From Eledone cirrhosa (taxonomy: Eukaryota): a stretch of DNA of 64,000 bases. Both the position numbers and the translations under genes were made by a program. Below are positions 54,613-64,000 of the stretch, piece after piece. How positions within the stretch are numbered: position 1 is the stretch's first letter; every line of letters starts with the position of its first letter. The stretch spans positions 211,854,001-211,918,000 of the forward strand of contig OZ024740.1 in the NCBI GenBank assembly GCA_964016885.1, in the 5' to 3' direction. Under the pieces are notes generated by a model. The model made no database searches, was not told the DNA's origin, and saw only the letters and a list, made by a program, of their open reading frames with translations.

Positions 54613-54907
54613 ACCTTCTTTCTCTGGGATAGACACATGTGCTGAGCTCGCTCGGTAAGTTTCGTTTAAATTTATCTCGAAATTGTGAACTGTAAACTTT
54701 CATTTTTGTACCATTTTGTAGAGAGACTGCTCTGATCTGATTAGTTTTGGGAAATCTACCTGTTTTTATGTTAAAAAAGTGGCTCCAGCGCTACTTGGTG
54801 TTGCAAAAATTATTGTGGTCAAAACAATTTTGATTGGTCGGTAGAGGTCATGTGAATGTAAAAAATTGATTTTGCGCCAAGACTGGGAAATGACTCTTTC
54901 ACAACAA

Positions 54908-54995
<88 letters not shown>

Positions 54996-55215
54996 TAGTA
55001 GTGTTCGATGTTGTGATAATGGTTAGCAGGGATGTGTGTGCGGACAGCAACCTGTTGACAGTTCAAATGGCTATTAAGATAAGTGTGTGTGTGTGTGTGT
55101 GTGTGTAGCAGAGTAATTCGTGGTAGCGGGATGGTCAGTAGGAATGTGTCTGTAAGGAGTGGGGGGGTATTTTAGCATGTCAAAAGATATTTTTCAGCTT
55201 TTGTCTTATACGGAG

Positions 55216-55254
<39 letters not shown>

Positions 55255-55503
55255 AGTCTCTTCGTATGTTAATGTACGCGTGTGTATGTGTGTGTGTGTA
55301 TATATGTGTGCGTGTGTGTGACAGAATGTGTGTGTGGGGGGACCAGTATTTTTTCCCCCTGGTAAAATGGTGTACATTATTCGATATATTGAGTAAAATC
55401 GATTCTCTCAATTGAGTAATATTTTTTTAAAAGCCTTATTGGTTTACATGTAATATATATTCGACCGACAGCTAAAAACACACGCATCATCTTTGTTTTT
55501 CTT

Positions 55504-55607
<104 letters not shown>

Positions 55608-55902
55608 ACCTTCTTTCTCTGGGATAGACACATGTGCTGATGTCGCTCGGTAAGTTTCGTTTAAATTTATCTGGAAATTGTGAACTGTAAACTTTCATTT
55701 TTGTACCATTTTGTAGAGAGACTGCTCTGATCTGATTAGTTTTGGGAATTCTACCTGTTTTTATGTTAAAAAAGTGGCTCCAGCGCTACTTGGTGTTGCA
55801 AAAATTCTTGTGGTCAAAACAATTTTGATTGGTCGGTAGAGGTCATGTGAATGTAAAAAATTGATTTTGCGCCAAGACTGGGAAATGACTCTTTCACAAC
55901 AA

Positions 55903-55960
<58 letters not shown>

Positions 55961-56182
55961 TAGTAGTGTTCGATGTTGTGATAATGGTTAGCAGGGATGT
56001 GTGTGCGGACAGCAACCTGTTGACAGTTCAAATGGCTATTAAGATAAGTGTGTGTGTGTGTGTGTGTGTGTGTAGCAGAGTAATTCGTGGTAGCGGGATG
56101 GTCAGTAGGAATGTGTCTGTAAGGAGTGGGGGGGTATTTTAGCATGTCAAAAGATATTTTTCAGCTTTTGTCTTATACGGAG

Positions 56183-56229
<47 letters not shown>

Positions 56230-56477
56230 AGTCTCTTTGTATGTTAATGTACGCGTGTGTATGTGTGTGTGTGTATATATGTGTGCGTGTGTGTGACAGA
56301 ATGTGTGTGTGGGGGGACCAGTATTTTTCCCCCTGGTAAAATGGTGTACATTATTCGATATATTGAGTAAAATCGATTCTCTTAATTGAGTAATATTTTT
56401 TTAAAAGCCTTATTGGTTTACATGTAATATATATTCGACCGACAGCTACAAACACACGCATCTTCTTTGTTTTTCTT

Positions 56478-56557
<80 letters not shown>

Positions 56558-56852
56558 ACCTTCTTTCTCCTTGATAGACACATGTGCTGAGCTCGCTCGG
56601 TAAGTTTCGTTTAAATTTATCTGGAAATTGTGAACTGTAAACTTTCATTTTTGTACCATTTTGTAGAGAGACTGCTCTGATCTGATTAGTTTTGGGAATT
56701 CTACCTGTTTCTATGTTAAAAAAGTGGCTCCAGCGCTACTTGGTGTTGCAAAAATTCTTGTGGTCAAAACAATTTTGATTGGTCGGTAGAGGTCATGTGA
56801 ATGTAAAAAATTGATTTTGCGCCAAGACTGGGAAATGACTCTATCACAACAA

Positions 56853-56914
<62 letters not shown>

Positions 56915-56999
56915 TAGTAGTGTTCGATGTTGTGATAATGGTTAGCAGGGATGTGTGTGCGGACAGCAACCTGTTGACAGTTCAAATGGCTATTAAGAT

Positions 57000-57076
<77 letters not shown>

Positions 57077-57184
57077 GCAGAGTAATTCGTGGTAGCGGGA
57101 TGGTCAGTAGGAATGTGTCTGTAAGGAGTGGGGGGGTATTTTAGCATGTCAAATGATATTTTTCAGCTTTTGTCTTATACGGAG

Positions 57185-57219
<35 letters not shown>

Positions 57220-57468
57220 AGTCTCTTTGTATGTTAATGTACGCGTGTGTATGTGTGTGTGTGTATATATGTGTGCGTGTGTGTGACAGAATGTGTGTGT
57301 GGGGGGACCAGTATATTTTCCCCCTGGTAAAATGGTGTACATTATTCGATATATTGAGTAAAATCGATTCTCTCAATTGAGTAATATTTTTTTAAAAGCC
57401 TTATTGGTTTACATGTAATATATATTCGACCGACAGCTACAAACACACGCATCATCTTTGTTTTTCTT

Positions 57469-57552
<84 letters not shown>

Positions 57553-57847
57553 ACCTTCTTTCTCTGGGATAGACACATGTGCTGAGCTCGCTCGGTAAGT
57601 TTCGTTTAAATTTATCTCGAAATTGTGAACTGTAAACTTTCATTTTTGTACCATTTTGTAGAGAGACTGCTCTGATCTGATTAGTTTTGGGAAATCTACC
57701 TGTTTTTATGTTAAAAAAGTGGCTCCAGCGCTACTTGGTGTTGCAAAAATTATTGTGGTCAAAACAATTTTGATTGGTCGGTAGAGGTCATGTGAATGTG
57801 AAAAATTGATTTTGCGCCAAGACTGGGAAATGACTCTTTCACAACAA

Positions 57848-57929
<82 letters not shown>

Positions 57930-58149
57930 TAGTAGTGTTCGATGTTGTGATAATGGTTAGCAGGGATGTGTGTGCGGACAGCAACCTGTTGACAGTTCAA
58001 ATGGCTATTAAGATAAGTGTGTGTGTGTGTGTGTGTGTGTAGCAGAGTAATTCGTGGTAGCGGGATGGTCAGTAGGAATGTGTCTGTAAGGAGTGGGGGG
58101 GTATTTTAGCATGTCAAAAGATATTTTTCAGCTTTTGTCTTATACGGAG

Positions 58150-58188
<39 letters not shown>

Positions 58189-58437
58189 AGTCTCTTCGTA
58201 TGTTAATGTACGCGTGTGTATGTGTGTGTGTGTATATATGTGTGCGTGTGTGTGACAGAATGTGTGTGTGGGGGGACCAGTATTTTTTCCCCCTGGTAAA
58301 ATGGTGTACATTATTCGATATATTGAGTAAAATCGATTCTCTCAATTGAGTAATATTTTTTTAAAAGCCTTATTGGTTTACATGTAATATATATTCGACC
58401 GACAGCTAAAAACACACGCATCATCTTTATTTTTCTT

Positions 58438-58533
<96 letters not shown>

Positions 58534-58828
58534 ACCTTCTTTCTCTGGGATAGACACATGTGCTGATGTCGCTCGGTAAGTTTCGTTTAAATTTATCTGG
58601 AAATTGTGAACTGTAAACTTTCATTTTTGTACCATTTTGTAGAGAGACTGCTCTGATCTGATTAGTTTTGGGAATTCTACCTGTTTTTATGTTAAAAAAG
58701 TGGCTCCAGCGCTACTTGGTGTTGCAAAAATTATTGTGGTCAAAACAATTTTGATTGGTCGGTAGAGGTCATGTGAATGTAAAAAATTGATTTTGCGCCA
58801 AGACTGGGAAATGACTCTTTCACAACAA

Positions 58829-58926
<98 letters not shown>

Positions 58927-59149
58927 TAGTAGTGTTCGATGTTGTGATAATGGTTAGCAGGGATGTGTGTGCGGACAGCAACCTGTTGACAGTTCAAATG
59001 GCTATTAAGATAAGTGTGTGTGTGTGTGTGTGTGTGTAGCAGAGTAATTCGTGGTAGCGGGATGGTCAGTAGGAATGTGTCTGTAAGGAGTGGGGGGGGG
59101 GTGTTTTAGCATGTCAAAAGATATTTTTCAGCTTTTGTCTTATACGGAG

Positions 59150-59186
<37 letters not shown>

Positions 59187-59435
59187 AGTCTCTTTGTATG
59201 TTAATGTACGCGTGTGTATGTGTGTGTGTGTATATATGTGTGCGTGTGTGTGACAGAATGTGTGTGTGGGGGGACCAGTATTTTTTCCCCCTGGTAAAAT
59301 GGTGTACATTATTCGATATATTGAGTAAAATCGATTCTCTCAATTGAGTAATATTTTTTTAAAAGCCTTATTGGTTTTCATGTAATATATATTCGACCGA
59401 CAGCTAAAAACACACGCATCATCTTTGTTTTTCTT

Positions 59436-59499
<64 letters not shown>

Positions 59500-59797
59500 A
59501 CCTTCTTTCTCTGGGATAGACACATGTGCTGAGGTCGCTCGGTAAGTTTCGTTTAAATTTATCTGGAAATTGTGAACTGTAAACTTTCATTTTTGTACCA
59601 TTTTGTAGAGAGACTGCTCTGATCTGATTAGTTTTGGGAATTCTACCTGTTTTTATGTTAAAAAAGTGGCTCCAGCGCTACTTGGTGTTGCAAAAATTCT
59701 TGTGGTCAAAACAATTTTGATTGGTCGGTAGAGGTCATGTGAATGTAAAAAATTGATTTTGCGCCAAGACTGGGAAATGACTCTTTCACAACAAATA

Positions 59798-59831
<34 letters not shown>

Positions 59832-59929
59832 TGTGTGTGTGTAGTAGTAGTGTTCGATGTTGTGATAATGGTTAGCAGGGATGTGTGTGCGGACAGCAAC
59901 CTGTTGACAGTTCAAATGGCTATTAAGAT

Positions 59930-59999
<70 letters not shown>

Positions 60000-60109
60000 C
60001 AGAGTAATTCGTGGTAGCGGGATGGTCAGTAGGAATGTGTCTGTAAGGAGTGGGGTGGGGGTATTTTAGCATGTCAAAAGATATTTTTCAGCTTCTGTCT
60101 TATACGGAG

Positions 60110-60146
<37 letters not shown>

Positions 60147-60395
60147 AGTCTCTTTGTATGTTAATGTACGCGTGTGTATGTGTGTGTGTGTATATATGTG
60201 TGCGTGTGTGTGACAGAATGTGTGTGTGGGGGGACCAGTATTTTTTCCCCCTGGTAAAATGGTGTACATTATTCGATATATTGAGTAAAATCGATTCTCT
60301 CAATTGAGTAATATTTTTTTAAAAGCCTTATTGGTTTTCATGTAATATATATTCGACCGACAGCTACAAACACACGCATCATCTTTGTTTTTCTT

Positions 60396-60459
<64 letters not shown>

Positions 60460-60498
60460 ATCCATCTCTGGGATGGACACACGCGTATAACTTGCTGA

Positions 60499-60565
60499 GT
60501 AAGTTCTGTTTAAATTTCTATAGAAATTCTTGTCTGATAACTTTAATTTTTGTACCATTTTGTAG
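60499..60565 (+). promoter_or_regulatory. Putative 67-nt intron in the LINE 5' UTR; a homolog is present in each array unit (e.g. 59542-59608)
   Basis: GTAAGT donor, CTGATAAC branch-like motif, T-rich tract, TTTTGTAG acceptor. Same length in the array copy. Confidence 0.5.
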
Positions 60566-60678
60566 AGGGACTGCCAGGTCAAACTTTGATCTGGTCAGTC
60601 TCTCAAAATATTCTACGCCTTTAGGCGAAATAGTTAAAAAAAAAGTTTTTTCTTGTTGAAAAGTCAATATTTTTTTAA

Positions 60679-61854
60679 ATGGCCGAAGCTTCTTCACCAA
60701 AATTCGAAGGAGGAAAGGGGAAGATGAACTTACAGCTTCCCCCTGCCACTGTCACAGTAGCAGAGGTCAAGAAGATAGGTCAGCCAGAGGAAGGATTTTC
60801 ACCACCTGTTGACCGACAACTTGACGTTGCCATGGCAACAAACCAAAGAACCAGCGGCACCAGCAACAGCAACAACAACAACAATGCGACGGACGAAAAC
60901 AACACCAATAACAATAACAACAACAACAAGACCAATAACTGTGATAACAACAACAATGATAACAACAACACCACCAACTACAACAGCAACACAAACAAAC
61001 AAAAATTTCTCCATCGCCGAGACGGCAAGGAAAACCCTCGACTATCTGCCAGTAGATATAACCAAAGCGAAGAAGCTACTGGCAGATGCCAAAAAATATA
61101 TAGTGTACGGGGAAAATGGTTCATTCACGGTCCATTCCCCCCCCGGGAACTAAAAAGCCAGAGACTCCTAAACACTGTCATGTTTAGGACAATCTCGAAT
61201 AAAAGCAAAAATCCAGCTCAACCATCACAGAGTGAGATAGAGCTGGTTTTAAAAGACGTCATGAAGGACATCACCTTCATTCAGAAGGATAGGCTCTACG
61301 GGAGTCTATCCATTCTCATGAAGGACAGGGACACAGCAGTGAAACTGTCCATCAAACCAATCGCATCCACCGCATACACCTTCTACCCTACGTACATGGG
61401 TAGAAGAAGACAAAAAATAAAAATCCACACCATCCTGCCGATTATGGACATATGGTGGGTTTTGACAGGTTTCCTGGACCTGGATGATGACACGCTGGTG
61501 TCCATGGGAAAGGCATCGGGTGACGCGTTCAGTGGAACGACCCTCGAACTTGTAGTTCAAATGAGGCCCGAAAGGATCGCCCAGATCCCTGAACGCGTCA
61601 TACTGGATGATCAAACTTTCATCAACATTACCGTTGAGGGTAGGCGGCCCTCGTGTTACCTCTGCGGAACCAGAGGTCACCTGAGGGCTGTCTGTCCCCA
61701 ACTTAATAAGAAAACCCCAATCCTGCCTACACGACCAACAACTGCAAAACCAACACAATCACCACAACTACCACTACAAAAACAACCACCACAGCTCAAA
61801 CCAAAACAAAACAATGTCCAACCCATCCCCCCCCCCATTAAAAAAAAAAAATAA
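60679..61854 (+). CDS. LINE ORF1 (gag-like, CX2CX4HX4C knuckle); probably frameshifted at the poly-A near 61850
   Basis: EGRRPSCYLCGTRGHLRAVCP, Asn-rich N-terminus, Pro/Gln/Thr-rich tail. Confidence 0.85.
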   Translation: MAEASSPKFEGGKGKMNLQLPPATVTVAEVKKIGQPEEGFSPPVDRQLDVAMATNQRTSGTSNSNNNNNATDENNTNNNNNNNKTNNCDNNNNDNNNTTNYNSNTNKQKFLHRRDGKENPRLSASRYNQSEEATGRCQKIYSVRGKWFIHGPFPPRELKSQRLLNTVMFRTISNKSKNPAQPSQSEIELVLKDVMKDITFIQKDRLYGSLSILMKDRDTAVKLSIKPIASTAYTFYPTYMGRRRQKIKIHTILPIMDIWWVLTGFLDLDDDTLVSMGKASGDAFSGTTLELVVQMRPERIAQIPERVILDDQTFINITVEGRRPSCYLCGTRGHLRAVCPQLNKKTPILPTRPTTAKPTQSPQLPLQKQPPQLKPKQNNVQPIPPPIKKKK

Positions 61855-62499
61855 TTTCCAAAACACCCGCACCGCAAACACAACCCGAAAATATACCCCT
61901 CCCTTCCAACGCGGAAAATGACCCTAGTTCGTCGTCAGACGAGAGGAGCACTTCCACACAATCAAAAGAAAAAAAAGAAAACACACCTCAGACACACAAA
62001 TGAAAACAACCCCTCCCCAAAACATAACACTGACACCAACACAAAAGAGCTCACAACAACAGCAAACAAAAAACACCACACAAAAACAAAAACAAGCATA
62101 CACATACATAAACACAAGAAACAAAAAACTGTTAAACATTGTGTACAACAACAATCTAATAAAAACCCAAGGGCCTAACTTCACCCAGGCAGGGGATTTC
62201 CCCCACCTCAAAATGATTAAGGCCCCACAGGACAACTATAAACTTTAAAAAACAACTTTAAAGAGGACGTGGGTCCCCCCCTGCGTCGGGCCCATTAACC
62301 GCGTCCTCCTAGAAAACTACCCCACCCCTCCCCAAACACCCACACAACTCCAAACTCCCCAACCACACAACACACTGATGCCCCTACACCTCCACAAACC
62401 ACCACCCCACCCAACAACCCATACCCCACCCTAATGGAAATTGTGCAGCCCGATACCCGGGACGCAGAGGGGTAAGTGCCTTTTCTCTTCACCACCAAC

Positions 62500-63669
62500 A
62501 TGGCCATGCTAAGAGTAGGCTGTTTAAATGCGCGTGGCCTGGGCTCAACTTGGAAGCAAGCAATGCTTCTAAATGACCTCAGGTCACAACGTATAGATGT
62601 GATGGTTATTTGCGAGGCCCGGATCAGCAACGTGCGACAGCTGGCCCCCACCTTTGATGACTTTGAGATGCACGCATCTCTCTGTCAGCCCGGAGGTGGG
62701 GGTGGGGTTGTCGTTCTGCTGCAAAAACATCTGGGTCTCGCAACACAGATGGTACATTTGGACCCGGAGGGTCGACTAGTGGTTCTGGACCTTGGCAGTG
62801 GTAAAGGCGGAGCGTTTAGGTTGGTAGCCGCCTACGGCCCTTTCGGGTCAATGCGGCCGGACTTCTTCCATCGTCTGGAGACTTTTCTAGGGACGTCCCG
62901 CTCCTTGCTATTAGTGGGGGACTGGAATGGTATCCTAGATGCACGCTGGGACTACGTAGGGGCCTGTCCCGATAGAGAGGGGTGTAATAGCCTCAAAGGG
63001 TTAATCGGTCGATTTGACCTGGCCGATAGATATCGACTAGATTTTCCGACTGCGTCAACCTGGACTTGGGCAAATCGTAGCGGATCATCTAGGTCGTACC
63101 TAGATAGGTTCTTATTTAGAATTAAGGATAAGGACTTTTTAAGTTGTCCAAAAATGCGCATGGTTGGCTATTCAGACCACAAGTTAGTGACCTGCATGGT
63201 CAACCTTGACAGAACTCATAGACAGGGACCCGGTTACGGGAAGCTCAACTTGTCCTTACCAGCAAGTAAGGCTTACAGGGACCGGATTAGCACTTTAGTT
63301 AAGGAGCGGTTGACGGGCGCCATCGTCAACAGCAGGTGGTGGGGATCTCTCAAAAGAGAGATTAGAGTAGTCTCTATAGAATTTAGTAAGGAGTTAGCCT
63401 CAAATAGAAATAGGAAGGAAAGGGAGTTGGTAGATAGTGTAGAAGAGGCAATTAGAAGCGGCGACGTGGCCAGAGTGCTAGCGTCGAGAACGGCCCTGGG
63501 CCAGTTCTTCGACGCGAAACACGAAGGCTGCATCGTCCGAAGCAAAATACGTGCTCTGGGAAACGAGGGGACCAAAGTTGTTAGCTGGGCCCGCGTGACA
63601 GAAGCCAAAAAGAGGGAGCAGATCCACTATCCGGTCTTTGCGAGACCAGGAAGGACGGATGATCCTTGA
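62500..63669 (+). CDS. LINE ORF2 N-terminus: AP-like endonuclease (frameshift near 63610-63670 before RT)
   Basis: CLNARGL, ICEAR, GGVVVL, EGRLVV, AAYGP, VGDWNG, SYLDRF, YSDHK. Confidence 0.92.
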   Translation: MAMLRVGCLNARGLGSTWKQAMLLNDLRSQRIDVMVICEARISNVRQLAPTFDDFEMHASLCQPGGGGGVVVLLQKHLGLATQMVHLDPEGRLVVLDLGSGKGGAFRLVAAYGPFGSMRPDFFHRLETFLGTSRSLLLVGDWNGILDARWDYVGACPDREGCNSLKGLIGRFDLADRYRLDFPTASTWTWANRSGSSRSYLDRFLFRIKDKDFLSCPKMRMVGYSDHKLVTCMVNLDRTHRQGPGYGKLNLSLPASKAYRDRISTLVKERLTGAIVNSRWWGSLKREIRVVSIEFSKELASNRNRKERELVDSVEEAIRSGDVARVLASRTALGQFFDAKHEGCIVRSKIRALGNEGTKVVSWARVTEAKKREQIHYPVFARPGRTDDP

Positions 63670-64000
63670 ACCTAAGCAGATGTGCGAGGCTTTTCAAAAG
63701 CACTTTGCCGGATTGTTCGGAAGGGGCGGGGAGCCGGTTGGGGGTGTGGACTTCGGTCCATACCTCGACGGCCTGCCGCGTCTCTCGGACAGGGAGGCGA
63801 AGTCCTGCGAGGAGCAGATTTCAGCCGCTGAGATAGATGACGTGCTGAGCCAATGCGGCAAACGCAAATCCCCGGGTCTCGATGGTCTTCCATACGAACT
63901 ATATCTAGCTATGCCGGACTTGTTCCCCGATCTCCTCGAGGCGGTCTACTGCAACTGGCAACAGAACGGGAGAATTCCCTGTGCTGTGACCAAGGGCGTA

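Larger units (their letters stand above)
60460..64000 (+). mobile_element. 5'-complete Tx1/L1-clade LINE starting right after the last (TATC)n tract; runs off the window
   Basis: 5' UTR, ORF1 with zinc knuckle, ORF2 APE, start of RT (KSPGLDGLPYELY ~63866). Confidence 0.92.

Overview
Repeat-saturated eukaryotic (metazoan) DNA with no convincing host gene. The SINE families and microsatellite load suggest an octopod/coleoid cephalopod (inference). It contains R4/Dong-like RLE retrotransposons sitting in (TAA)n, RTE LINE remnants, several Penelope-like (PLE) RT/GIY-YIG fragments, a Gypsy gag-pol remnant, a decayed hAT with a nested mariner, a Helitron Rep/Hel pseudogene, MITEs and tRNA-derived SINEs. 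Two things stand out. (1) A ~12 kb tandem array (~0.95 kb unit, 48.2-60.5 kb) was hit twice at the same (TATC)n tract by a Tx1/L1-type LINE. The 5' UTR of the 5'-complete LINE is a diverged homolog of the array sequence it displaces, and both carry a 67-nt GTAAGT...TTTTGTAG intron-like module. (2) About ten hammerhead-ribozyme motifs, including a pair on ~650-bp direct repeats 1299 nt apart (retrozyme-like, predicted circRNA) and recurrent CCGAnGA core variants. All alignments and folds were done by eye, so boundaries are approximate.
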